DNA from: Paraspadella gotoi
Taxonomy: Eukaryota; Animalia; Chaetognatha
Assembly: GCA_051294375.1 (NCBI GenBank)
Contig: CM119264.1
Coordinates: 29,765,182 to 29,829,181, forward strand
DNA: 64,000 nucleotides
Reading direction: 5' to 3'
Position numbers and translations under genes: made by a program. The notes under the pieces were generated by a model. The model was not told the DNA's origin. It did no database searches and saw only the letters and a list, made by a program, of their open reading frames with translations. Positions 27,757 through 40,489 of the stretch are shown here, in pieces. Each line of letters begins with the position of its first letter. Within the stretch, counting starts at the first letter, position 1.

Positions 27757-30700
27757 ATGACTCTTCTGCTCTTCGCCGCGGTCGTCTTAGCGGCGATCGT
27801 CCTTTTCATTGCGGCGATCGTCGTAAAGCGAAACCGCGGTCCCAAGTGTGACGTTCCCTACGCGGAATTTCCCGACTTGCATCATTGGCTTTTTGGATTG
27901 TTGAAAGTTCCAGTAAGTGAATGATTACTTTCTCTTTCTCTATTCGCTTGTTCTCTCTCTCTGATTTCTGCGCTGTCTCTATCCAACTTCTCTCCCTCTC
28001 CTCTCTCTCTCTCCCTTCTTATCTCCCCCTCCCTCCCTCTTTCCCTCTCTCTCTTTCTGCTCTCGATCCCCTACCCCACCCACCCTCTCTCTCTCCGCCT
28101 CTTTCTCCCTCTTTCTTCCTCCCTCTCTCTCTCAGCTCCGAGAATGGCCTCGTCTCGGTCTAGAAAGGAGTCGTATAGTTGGACCTCTCTTTCGAATTCG
28201 CGCCATCGATTGGCTTCCGGCGAGCGAAGCCATTTTGGTCAACGACATCGAGGCCATCAAAGTAAAACATTTTAGATAATATAATTATATAAAGTTTTAA
28301 ATATTTTAAAAATAATTTAAAAAACGTCAAATAAATCCAACCATTTTTAAAAAATATTAAAAATTGAAAATAGTTGAAAATGTAAATTTGCAATTTTTCT
28401 GAATATATTAATAAAAAAAGGATTCCCTTTTTCGAACGTTACAAATATTTATTTAAATGCAAGTGGTTCCTCCGCCACTACATACTTTTTAGTTGCGCCG
28501 CGAGTACAATCCGCGAAGCAACTTCGGTCGGTCGGTCGGTCCATTGGTCGGTCGGTATGTCTGTCCGTTGGTCTCCATATAAGTTGCTCTTTTGTTAAAA
28601 CAGAAAAAACCTTAAATCTAAGGGACTGCAAGCGCCGCCTTCAGGAAATCCTAAAACTATAAGATTTTGATGCAATGCATGTCATAAATATACGGGCTAA
28701 GAAAGTTATTGAAGTCATGTAGTAATGTTATGTCATGTCGTGTCACGAGAAATACACGTGATAATACAGTCACTGCGACGCAACACATTTGAATTACCGT
28801 TCTTGTTAACATTTCTTTCGCCTTTGAATTCTAGGAAATGTTGAGCAGCAAAGATTTTGCATCGCGCGACCCTATAACCGACGCGGGACCCTACATGGTC
28901 AATCCGGAAAAAAAGGGTAAGTCAAGATGAAACTCACCAAAGTATTTAGTTATTTTTTATATTAATTATTAAATTGATTATTATTTTTAGTGATAGTATT
29001 AATTATTATATTATGAAATTGGTACAACCAATATAAAAATTATCCATTCATTTAATAAATAAGCTATCTTGCCCCTGACTTTGGACAGGCTTTGGTGGTT
29101 TAAGGCCTCCATCACTCTTACAAGATAATTACATAGCAGGTCCCTGCAAGCTTTCAATCAAGACTCTCTCACAGTCTCGTATATTTTATTTCTTTTACAG
29201 GNNNNNNNNNNACAGTCACTGCGACGCAACACATTTGAATTACCGTTCTTGTTAACATTTCTTTCGCCTTTGAATTCTAGGAAATGTTGAGCAGCAAAGA
29301 TTTTGCATCGCGCGACCCTATAACCGACGCGGGACCCTACATGGTCAATCCGGAAAAAAAGGGTAAGTCAAGATAAGATGAAACTCACCAAAGTATTTAG
29401 TTATTTTTTATATTAATTATTAAATTGATTATTATTTTTATTGATAGTATTAATTATTATATTACATGTTATTTCTTTTACAGGAATCGCTCTCCAAGAT
29501 TGGACTCCTGCCTGGAGGAATCTTCACAGATTCTCTGTTTCGACTCTAAATTCTTTTGGCTTTGGCAAAAATTCCATGGAACCAAAAGTGACATTTTGAT
29601 TCAATCTTTTTAAAAATCTAAATCTGATTGTGATTTTAAATGTAAATTTTAAATTTAAATATAAATATAATTCTAAATTTAATCTAGAATTTGAATCTAA
29701 ATTTTAACCTCAAATAAAAAAGTGTAATTCTAATTCCAATTATAATTTCTCAGATCCTCCAGGAAGCGGACGCGTTGGTGGAAGCGATGATCTCCATCGA
29801 TGACGCGTTCGATCCGATGGATGTGATGAGAGTCGCCGTCGCCAACGTCGTCACTAAATTGGTAACTTTAAACTCATTTGCATATTATAGTAGCTGTTTA
29901 TTTATTTTTTAATTTTTCAAAAAGGTGTTCGACGAACGAAACGACATCTCTCAGAATTCACCGCTACACGACGCCATCTTCGATACTGGATTAGCTTTGT
30001 TTAACTTATCCAACGAGCCAATGTACCGGCTCTTCCCAAGGTATTGTAAAAAATGTATTAAATTACTTAATAATAAAATATTAAATATTCACGAATAAAA
30101 CACCAACAAACTTCAATTCCAGGATAGTGGATTGGTACAAAACTCCGACTGCTTCACGGATTCATAAAGGGATGCAAGTGATGCGATCTCACGTGACTGA
30201 ATCAGTGAGAAATCACGAAGAGACGCTGGACGAGGCCGACGAACCACGTGACTGTTTTCATCGACGCTTTCATACGGGAAAGAAGGAAACATCCGGGGGA
30301 AGACCATCTCAGTGAAGAGAATATGATCGCTGCCATCAGTGATTTATTTCAGGTGAGGAATTGCTATTGCATCTTTGATTACTAGGTTGTCGGTCGGTCG
30401 GTCTATTCTTCCGTCTGTGCTTTAAACTATACTACTATATATAGTAATGATACTCATACAGTCAAACATGTCAAGACAGTAAAAGTTGATTAAAACCATA
30501 GCCTGACTGATGAGCAGCCCGAGAAAGACAGAGACTGACAGACTCCTCGTCTACTATATAGTAGTATTAAACCATTAAACAGGATAGTTATGCAAGATAT
30601 TTGATGTTCACAAGGCCGGTACCGACACGACGACGGGTCTCTTGACCTGGACCCTTGCCTTCCTTCTTCACTTTCCCTCTGTCGGCGAGAGACTTCGAAA

Positions 30701-31685
30701 AGAGTTGAGTCACGTGATTGGCGAAGATGGAATTCCTTCCATGACTCATCTGCCTCGTCTTCATCTCCTTCGATCTTTCATGGACGAAGTTCACAGGATG
30801 TCTTGCATCGCTGTATTCACGATTCCTCACAGATGCGTGGAGGAATGGGCTAAGTTTAGAGGGTACACGGTGAGAATGGAGAGGGAGGGAGAGAGAGATC
30901 AGAGAGAGAGAGAGAGATCAGAGAGAGAGAGATCAGAGAAAGATCAGAGAGAGATGACAGAGAGATGAGAGAGAGAGTCAGACAGAAGGTGATTGGCGAG
31001 CTGGCAGTCAGAAATGTAGATATGAAAAACAGAGAGAGAGAGAAAGAGAGACGATAAATCCGACAGAGAGAAAAAAAAAGCAAATTAAAGATCATTCAAT
31101 TCCCCCAACCTCCAAAGATCACGAAAAGCCAAACGATAATGTTGAACCTTTTCGCTTGTCATCAAAACCCGGATGTGTGGATCGATGCCGAAGAGTTTAA
31201 AGCCGAAAGATTTTTGGACGACGAAGGCAAATATCAAAAGAGCAACAACTTGATTCCTTTTGGTTTTGGGAACAGGTGAATGAATATTGGGTGACGGGGT
31301 GATGAATGAACAAGTTAATCAATTAATGGGATGATGAACGCCTAGTTTAATTTTTTAAAATGTATCGATGAATGATTGATTAATTGATATATGAATTAAT
31401 CTATTAATATTTGAATGGTTGAATGAATGAATATTTTAATGAAAGATAGAATTAACGAACCAATGAATGAATGAATCAATCCATCAATCAATGAATTAAA
31501 TCGAAACCCATTCCAGACGATGCCTCGGCGAGCGTCTCGCCTCCATCGAACAGTTCATCTTTACTTGTCGTCTCCTTCAGCGTCTGGACTTCCGCCCGGC
31601 CTCCGCTCTGCCCGACCTGACGGGCGATCTCTTCTTGGCTCGACTGCCGGGCAGATTCAGAGTCAAAGTTACCAGTCGATCGTGA
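27757..31685 (+). CDS. Cytochrome P450, clan 2 (CYP2-like), 10 exons
   Basis: Exons 27757-27912, 28136-28261, 28835-28916 (duplicated at 29281-29362), 29484-29587, 29754-29861, 29925-30040, 30123-30352, 30615-30869, 31118-31275, 31517-31685. Motifs: N-terminal TM anchor, FGFGKNSME, AVANVV, I-helix AGTDTT, K-helix EVHR, AERF and heme motif FGFGNRRCLGE. One frameshift at ~30255 is probably a sequencing error. Confidence 0.95.
28485..28780 (+). mobile_element. Repeat family B (DINE-1/HINE-like) in P450 intron 2
   Basis: TTTTTAGTTGCG...GCAACT hairpin, (GGTC)n tract, then a body shared with 15455-15690 and 22488-22660. Confidence 0.65.
29013..29179 (-). mobile_element. Repeat family A insertion in P450 intron 3, present in only one of two assembled copies
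   Basis: Near-identical to 12666-12832. The duplicate of this intron at 29363-29483 lacks it. Confidence 0.85.
30429..30567. mobile_element. Small MITE-like element in P450 intron 7
   Basis: 13-bp terminal inverted repeats ATACTACTATATA (30429-30441) and TATATAGTAGTAT (30555-30567). No clear TSD. Confidence 0.4.
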
Positions 31686-32210
31686 GGACTTGGTGAATCA
31701 TGCCTCGTCTGTGAACGTGATTGAGTGATATTGAGTAAAAAGAGTTCCTCGTATTTTCATTCATTATTAAATTGGTCGCAAGAAGTAGAGTTACAAGCAA
31801 AACCTGAACAAAGAACAAGATAGTTATTTTTTAGTCAACGTATGAGCCAATTTGCAAAGGTATCACCCTGCAACCGGCACCAACTAATCGACTCCTCAAT
31901 GGCTTAGGCTCTTGTTTTCTTTGATCTCGAGCGTCGATGGATTCGCCAATAGTCAACAAGTTATTAAAACCGGAACCGCGGCTAGCACCGCTTCCAGAAA
32001 CGCGGCTAGAACCGCTGCCGGAACCGCTGCCGGAACCGCCGCCGCTGTCTTATCAGTTTCATATCCCGGCTGTAGGAGGAAAAGGAGGAGGAGGAGGAGG
32101 AAACTCCATTCGATAAAAAGGCTAAACATTCGACGTCTATTTCATTTCCGATTCTGTCCATCGTCCAAAGACTTCGTAAAGAATATCTACAATAATTACA
32201 ATATTACAAG

Positions 32211-35200
32211 ATGATACCAAGAACCTCCAAAGCCACTGATGAGGCCTCCTCATCTCCACCTACCGCCTCCAACCGCCCCAGATCCACCCTCATCTACCTC
32301 CTTCTAAAGACAACGATAATGGGCGTGGCCCTGTCAACTTTCGACCTCGTGACGGACATCGTCACCCTCAAAAACTACGCGTCGTCGTCGTCAGTCATCG
32401 TCGTCGTCTTTGCCGTCGTTCTCATCTTTTTTTTGGCGTCTCACTGCCTCCTCGCCGCCAGCTACGGCCTTCGCCGCCTCCGCCGCCGACGGCGTCTTTA
32501 TCCGCGTCTCTGGGGCGGCGGAGCGGCGAGAAAGGCGGCGACGGTGGCGGCGCACGCGGTCGGGTTGGGAGTGACGGCGTTGCACGTGGACTACGCCTTT
32601 GATTTGTTGGCGGAGTGGAGAGAGAGAGGGAAGAGTGGTGAAAACGAAAGAGTGGCAAAGGATGATAAAATCAGTCAATCCGCCGCCGCCGCCGCCGCCG
32701 CCGTCGAACGACGCCGCCAAAAGGAAGGACTCATCGGCGCCATGGAACTCATTCACGTCCTCACCGAATCTTATCCTCAAATGATCCTTCAAGCGACGGC
32801 TCTACTTCTCGCCTGGACCAGCGGTACGCAGCAACAGTGCGTACCGCTTTGCGTACGCGGATCCGGACGCGACGACCTCGTCGTCGTCGAGGAAGAGCGT
32901 GGCGTCTTCGGAGCGGCGTTTGGACCGGAAGTTGGCGTGGAAGCTGCGCTGCTGGGCGGAGCGGAGGAGGCGCACTGCATGGCTGCGCCGGAGATGAAAA
33001 AACTGAAGGAGGACGAGTGGACGCTGAAGAAATGCAGCTGTTTGGGAGAACCGCCGGAATCGGTGGGTTAATCGATTAAGGTTATTTATTCGTATAATTA
33101 TAAATATATAATTTGTAATTATAGTTTTTAATGGTTAAGTAAAATTTAATAAGTATATGTCTGCCGAAGTGGCGAACGCAGCTGAGATGAACGTTGTAAT
33201 TCGACAGGTTGCAACTCATTAGCAAATTAGCAACAAATTAATCATTAATTGAATATTTAGTATCATCATCGCGTTGTTCGAACTTGACAATATATACGTA
33301 CTATTTTGTGAACAGCTTTATTTTTGTATTGGATCACCGATTTGAAACATAATCTTTTTTTAACTTAACCTACACTAGTTATGTAATCATCTTCACCGCA
33401 AACTTTTCAAATTTCACAAACGAATTTGTCTCTCGACATCCCAGGTTTCTTGCTACTGGGAAGTCGACGATTGGTGGCCAGTTTTGTCTCTGGCAATCTC
33501 CACCGTCTCCGTCGCCCTTACAGCGTGTCGTCAAGGACAACTCCCTCTTTTGACGAACATCCGCGCGTCGAGGAAAGCATTCGCATCATCGACAAAAGAC
33601 AAAGCTGTTCCGATGGCTTCCAAAAAGGAAGCTGTGGCATCGCTGATGGCTAAAAAGGAAACCCGAGAGTCGAGAAACAATTCCGCGTCACCTCTTCATA
33701 TTAAAAGCCATGCTACAGCTCCGTTAACACGAGAAAGCAATGCTCCAGCTCCAGCTAAGCTAGATCCTAAAATCAATGCTGTAGCAAAGCTAGATTCTAA
33801 AATCGATGCCGCAACACCGCGAGTCATTAAAAACAATTCTGCAGCATCTTTGGATCTTAAGAAAAATTCTGCAATCCCGCTAGATTCTAGAAAAAACGCC
33901 GCAGCGTCTCTAACAGACGCCGTCCCTTCCCCGTCGTCATCCTTGCATCCTCTAAAGTCCTTCGTCTTCCAATTCGTCTGGACTCTCAACGGCGTCGCGG
34001 GGCTATCCTTGACGCTCCACTTCGGGCTCTCGAAGGCCATGCATCTCTCTCCCGTCTTTCTCCTCTTTCTCCCTTTCGTGCTGCTGAGGGTTTCGTCGCC
34101 TGTCGCGTTGAAGAGAATGTGGAGGAAGATCTTTTTGAGGGAGGAGGAGGAGGAAGAGGAGGAGGATAAGAAGGAGAGGGAAGAAAGAAAAAACTTGAAA
34201 AGGAGAAATGGTCAGTGAAAAATTTTATCATTGCTTTTTTTTTTTATTTATGCTGAATGTGTCTGGATTGAACTTATCATTGAATATAAAATGAGAGTTG
34301 TTTAATCTAATTTGCATATTGCAGCAATTGGGATAATTATATAAAGCACACAAACGAAAGGCATTTGTGGTATATTTTAACTATGAAAGATGATGTTTGA
34401 AGATGTTTTTATCATTATTAAGTATATTGAGATTAATTACTCTCATTATTATTCAAATCTCCTGCTTCAGATTTCATTAGTCACGTGATCTGTTCTGCCA
34501 TCGCGACCCAATTCATCGTCTCACTCTCCACAATTTCCACTCACCTTGAGTTTCACGACGCCATCACAGATTCACTCGCGATGAATTGTGACGCGGAATT
34601 TGTGAAGACGTCGGTGAACGCGATTCTGGACAGACCCGATCCCAGGCCGGAGCACAATCTCAAGTCAGACTGGCTCTCTTTCTTTTTATTTATTAATTTT
34701 TACCTTTTATTTATTATTTAGTGTAGTGGTATTATTTCATACCCCACTACTCGTCCGAGAATTAGCAGCACCTATGGCGCCGGAGGTAGCACGAGCTCCT
34801 CCCAACCCAAAGGACTCGGGTTCGCGCCCTGCTGATTCACACAAGTAAAAGCGGGACGGGGCGTCTAACCCACCTGTAGTGTCGGACTACAGCCCGATCC
34901 GAAGTTCGAGACCTTGTGTGCAACGGACGGTAAACTGCTCGCGGCTTCGTCTTCCACATTAGTTTAATTTCTTTATTAGTTATTTATCTATGTATTTATT
35001 TAGTATTTCTTTCTTTCTTTCTTTCGCTCCTGTCTCTCTCTCTCTCTCTCTCCCTAAGGTTCGGCATCCCAGGTTTCCTCATCCACAATTCTTCCCCAAA
35101 ACTTTTCATCTACTTCAACGTTTTGTCAAACGCCAACGCCAACGCCAACGCCAACGCCAACGCCAAAACCATCTCCCGCAATTCTAAGAAATGCATGCAA

Positions 35201-35908
35201 CCGACGGGACTCATCGAGAGAGAGCGTTGGGAATCCCTCCTTCCACGGCACTTCCGACCCGCATGTCGGAATCCGAAACAGTTCAGCGCTGGAACGGATC
35301 CCTGTCCGCGAGACGTGGCCTCCGGATTGGAACGCGCCGTCAACCGATCTCATTTGGAATCTTGCAACGAGGGCAAATTGATAGAGGCTAAACCAGACGT
35401 GGTTCTTCGCGTTGGAAACTACAAGTTGTTCGCGGGATCTTGTAACCTCTTCCTCTATCGCCTCCTTTTGGCCGAGATGTCGCTGGGCGTGGTCAGCGTC
35501 ATCGTCTTCGTCATTTTCGCCGACGTTGATTTCGGACTCAAAACGCGCGGCGTCATCCTCGTGGCTTTCGTGGCGCTCCCGGCGTTCGTCGTCGAAGTCG
35601 GCGTCATTCGAAAGGACGAGGAGTTGGCGTTGATCAAAGTGCGCTTGGAGGATCTTGTGCGTTCGAGCCTTTCGATGGAGAGAGGCGTCTCCACGCCGGC
35701 GGTGCTCCTCAAACTCGTCTTCGCCAACGCGAGCGCAGTCGGCGGAGCCGTTGATCCTTCGAGATGCTCGTACTCGTCCGAGCCGAGGCTGCACTCCAAC
35801 ATCCCTCCACGAGATTGTCGAGCCTTCGCTCGGCTCACGGAATCGCTCGTCGAGAGGAGGAGAGAGTTGAATCGACGCTTCGGTTTCATCGGTTGGAGAA
35901 TCACGTGA
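32211..35908 (+). CDS. XK-related (Xkr-family) multi-pass membrane protein, ~886 aa, 4 exons
   Basis: Exons 32211-33062, 33445-34210, 34471-34663 and 35059-35908 join in frame (phases 0, 1, 2) without stops. Xkr-type motifs FDLVTDI...Y and LTESYPQMILQ, then WPVLSLAISTVSVAL and further TM segments. Confidence 0.8.
34765..34958 (+). mobile_element. tRNA-derived SINE in Xkr intron 3
   Basis: A-box TGGCGCCGGAGG (34775-34786), anticodon-loop-like CTCCCAA, B-box GGGTTCGCGCCC (34818-34829), then ~130 bp of GC-rich body in AT-rich flanks. The acceptor stem does not close, so it is not a functional tRNA. Confidence 0.65.
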
Positions 35909-35967
35909 TTATCGTTTGGGTGATTATCGTTTGGGTGATTATCGTTTGGGTGATTATCGTTTGGGTG
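35905..35967. repeat. 15-bp tandem repeat (GTGATTATCGTTTGG) x4 overlapping the Xkr stop codon
   Basis: Directly visible tandem units. Confidence 0.9.
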
Positions 35968-36065
35968 TTGGGGATTTGCGGCTGGACGTTTAAAAGGAGA
36001 AAGAGGGAGAGGTGTTCGGGAAAATGTTTTCATCTAATTTAGTGATGTTTTAAATGTTATTGGTG

Positions 36066-36140
<75 letters not shown>

Positions 36141-36439
36141 AGAAGAACTTCACCAACTTTAAACTTGTACATGTCGACGATCCTCTTGCAGAGTTCATGC
36201 TTTCCACATCCGGTGGTTTTAAGGCTCATCACTCTTACAAGATAATGACATAGCAGGTATGTATGACATAAACTCTTGCTATGTTACTATCTTGTAAGAG
36301 GGATAGAGGCGTTAACTCACCATATATCCGGTCCAAAGTCAAGCGACAAGAAAACTAAGTTATTAAATGAATGCATAATTCTTTAATTTATTAATTTAAT
36401 AACGTGTTCGCAATATTTTCACGAACACCCAATCCTCAG

Positions 36440-37196
36440 TCGAGCTGCCAGAAAAGCTTCCATCTGCCTAAAGTTGTTGTCGTCATCATTTGTCTTCTCT
36501 GTTCCACTCATCGTTTATTTCTCATTTCGATCTTCCATCGATTTCTCTGATCCAACGACGATTCTGACCAAAGACGTTCTCGCCTTTTGCCGCAAGAGGC
36601 GCGACGTAAAGCAACTTCTGGTCAAGTTGCTGCAAGTCTTCCTGCGGCATAAAAGCTTCAACGACTATTTCCTCGCCTCTTGCGTTCCACTTCTTACTTT
36701 TCTCTGCTTCATCTCTTCCTCCTCGGCGTTCTCCGTCGCTAAGCAACGACGAAGTCCTCGACGATGCGTCCACGTGATTATTTCGGCGACGGCGATCGTC
36801 CTTGCTCTCTCGCTGATGCCTTTCGTCCTGCAGCATCTTCTTCGGCGCGAAGAGAGACTGCGAGTAGAGATCGGAGGCGGAGTCTCTCGATTCCGCGGAC
36901 GACAAGCTCGAGAAGACGACCTCCGGGCTCAGGAGATCTCCGCCGCCTTCAAGGAAAGATCGCCCTTCTTCTCAGAAGACATGCACTCTCTCAATCTCCT
37001 CAGTGGATTCCTCCATTCGTGCGGCGAAGGCAGCCAAGTCAATTACATCCGGGGATTCGTGGACGAAGCGTTTGAGAGAATGCGTCGCATCAACTTGGAG
37101 TTGTTGAAGGAGAAGTTGGTGCTTGCGGGGATTCCGTTAGTTTGTTTGGTGCTTCCATTTTGTATGTTTGATATGAATGAGATTGAAATCTTTTAG
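36440..37196 (+). CDS. Terminal exon encoding ~250 aa of an unidentified multi-TM protein
   Basis: Non-repetitive ORF with about four hydrophobic segments and the same GC-rich codon style as neighbouring genes. There is no in-frame ATG between the upstream stop (36384) and the CCTCAG acceptor ending at 36439. Confidence 0.6.
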
Positions 37197-39200
37197 AAAA
37201 TTTTGATTTTTTTTTTTTAAATTTGATAAATTTTGTACTAATACTAGACTCATAAAGATTTTTATTTCATTTATGATACAAATTATAGTACATACAGCCG
37301 ATTTTTCTCATACAGTTATCGTTGAATAATGAGGCTTTTTTTATTTTTAGACCGCCTTAGACGAATGTAAATCGTAAAAAGTATTTTTTGTGTATTTTCT
37401 TTTTAACTCTTCTTTTCCCCTTCGGTCCAATGACATTTTTTTTAGCTCTTTTTTATTTGTAACGCGTTTAATGTCGATTCATGAATTTTTAAATTTGTCG
37501 TTTATAAATTTTAGATTACATAATTATAATATTTTTGTTTATTTTGAACCCAATCTTTTGATTTTCTACTTTGCTTTTTTTGTCTCTTTTTCTTTTTCCA
37601 ATTTTCCATTTTTTCTCCCTTTTTCTTTTTCTTATTTTCCCTTTTTAATTCCTTTTGTTTTTCCTTTTCTTTTTTCTTTTTCATCCCATTTTTCTCTTTC
37701 CTATTTTCCCTTTTTCATCCCTTTTCCTTTTTCTTATTTTCCATTTTTTTATCTCTTTTTCTTTTTCCTAATTTCCCTTTTTTATCTCTTTTTCTTTTTC
37801 TTATTTTCCCTTTTTTATCTCTTTTTCTTTTTCTTATTTTCCCTTTTTTCTCCCTTTTTCTTTTTCCTATTTCCCCTTTTTAATTCCTTTTCTCTTTCCT
37901 TTTTTCTCCCCTTTTTTTTCTTTTTTCGCGTCCATTTTCTCCCACCTAAAAATCGACTCGACCAAATGTGACCAACCGGTCGCCCATTGTCCTAGATTCG
38001 ACCTTAAGTCGTCGCGACGAAATTGACCATCGAGTCGGCGACGCCGGGGCGGCGCTGGACCGGCGCCGGGTCTGGCACCGGGGCGACGCCGGATCGAATG
38101 CGGCGTCATCGAGAACGGCGCTGCTTAATGCGGCGTCGAAATTTGACGATTCCTGCCCGAGAATTTTATTTTAATTATTAAAAAATGAAGAAAAAAAAAA
38201 CACATTAGGAGCGATGAATCATTTCCGGCGTCATATGACGGTAGTTCAAGATTGACCGATTCTGGCGCCGAGACAATTCCATCGACTAGACTGCAATTGT
38301 CTTCGTCATCGTCGTTCGTCGTCGTCGTCATCGTCGTTCGTCGTCGTCGTCATCGTCGTTCGTCGTCGTCGTCATCGTCGTTCGTCGTCGTCGTCGTCGT
38401 CATTTGTCGTCACGGTCATTGGCCAAGGAGTCCTTCGTTCTTCCGTCGTGTTGTCGGTCAATAGTCGAACTCGGAATGCAAGTCAACTTCAATGAAGGAG
38501 GAAAGATTTTGGAAATGAGCGGGAATTTTCAAACGAGATCAACAAAAATAAGAGATAGGGCCTCGAAAGTTTAAACTCCAAGATCGGGTAGTTTTAGAGA
38601 ATGGAACTGTTTCTTTTTTTNNNNNNNNNNTTTTTTCTTTTTTTTTCTTTTTTTTGGCAATGTCACTCAGTTTACCATGGCTTTGCATGCTTGCAGAGTT
38701 ACAGGACTTATTTTCAACTTTCTACGAAATTTAAAGTTTCCTCAAAATTATACGTAAAACAAGACTGAAGTTAATGATAAAAAACATTTGATGAAGACTT
38801 GCGCTACGCACTGAAACCAAGTGGCGCTACGCGGTTTAATAAATCGCGCTACGCGGCGAACAACTGGCTCTACGCAATAACAACTTCGCGCTCTTTGCAT
38901 GAACGCGTCGGAACAGCGAGTCTCTCTCTCTCTCCTCTCTCTCTTCTTCTCTCTCTGCTCTTACGAGCTCTCTATATCCTCTCTTCTCTCTCTTCTCTCT
39001 CTCTCTCTCTCTTACTCTCTTCGTCTCCTCTCTCATCTCTCTCTCTCTCTTACTCCTCCCTCGCCGATCGGAATTAAGGTTCGTACATTTGACGACGACG
39101 ACGACAACTACGCAGAACACACACGTGAAAAAAAAAAATTTCAAGAACGTTGAAGAAAATGGAAAGAGGAATAATAAAGAAGTTTTAAATTACGCAATTA

Positions 39201-39249
<49 letters not shown>

Positions 39250-40436
39250 GAAGAGAGAGAGAGAGAGAGAGAGAGAAGAGAGTGAGAGTGAGAGAGTGTG
39301 GCAAAGAAAGAGTAAATTCTCTAGAGGAATTTATTAAGAAAGAGAAAAAGAGAGAGAGAAACAGACAGACAGACAGACACACAGAGAGAAAGAGGGAAAT
39401 AGAGAGACCGAGAGACAGAGAGAGAGATAGAGAGAGAGATGAAATTGCCTTCTTCCATGTTCGCACCTCGTTTCGCGAATCCTTCGCTTAATCTTTTTCG
39501 ATTCGAATTCCTTGTCATTTTGTTTTTTCAAGATTTTTTTTTCTTTTAGGCTTCAAGTCGTTTTCGTCGTCTGCTCTTTCTATTTCTCTCTTTGTTTTTT
39601 TTTTTTCATTTTTATTTCTTAATTTTCAACAGTAGAGGATGACGCTTAAATCTCATTTCTTCTTTTTTGTTACTCTATTTCCCTTTTGATTTTAAAACGT
39701 TTATGAAATTAGTGCAACCAATATAAAAATTATCCATTCATTTAATAAATAAGCCATCTTGTCCCTGACTTTGGATAGGCTTTTGAGGTTATATTACTGT
39801 ATTTAGGAAATTTAAGTGAATCCAGTGATAAAAATGATATCATAAGCTTAAGTGTCTATCTGTCATTAATTTTTTTCACAGTACATTCACTTCACACTTC
39901 ACCAAAAAAAATCCTCCCCACTCTTAAAGTTCTAGTTAACTTAACCCCAAACTTTTTCCCTCCCTTTCTCCTTCTCCCCTCCTTTTCTCCCTCTTCATCA
40001 TCTTCTCTTCCGTTTCCTCTTTTTTCTCTTCCCTCCTCTTCTCCATACTTCTCCTCTCTCTCCTCTCCCGCCTCTTCTTTGGCCCCCTCTTCCTCCTTTT
40101 CCTTTTCTCTCTCCTTTTCACTCCCTCACCTTTCTCTCTTCCCCCTCTCTCCTCTCCTCTTTCCCTCTTCTCTCTCCCTCTCTCACTCCCTCCCTTTCTC
40201 TTTCTCTCTCCCTCTCCCTCTTTCCGCGTGTTTTGTTTTTATTGTGCCATCAACGGACAGAAAAGGAGTCACGTGATCGGCCGGCCAGTTTGGTCACGTG
40301 ATCGGATCACGTGAATAATGATTAGAAGCGATTCCGACGGAAATCAATTGACCAACGAGGAACAGGAGGAGGAGGAGAAGGAGGAGGAGGAGGAGAAGGA
40401 GGAGGAAGACAAAGGTTGAGACGGAAAGAAGAAAGT

Positions 40437-40489
<53 letters not shown>

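Noticed and set aside
30505-30535. Second hammerhead (CTGATGAG...GAGAAA)
   Set aside because: There is no stem II pairing and no GAAAC/stem III. The same applies to CTGATGA at ~32235 and ~50112.
34765-34840. Functional tRNA gene
   Set aside because: A and B boxes are present, but the acceptor and anticodon stems do not pair and a non-tRNA body follows. Treated as a SINE head.
38700-38850. Possible hAT transposase C-terminal remnant (FST...RL...DEDLRYAL...RFNK)
   Set aside because: It needs several frameshifts and the resemblance is too weak to support without a search.
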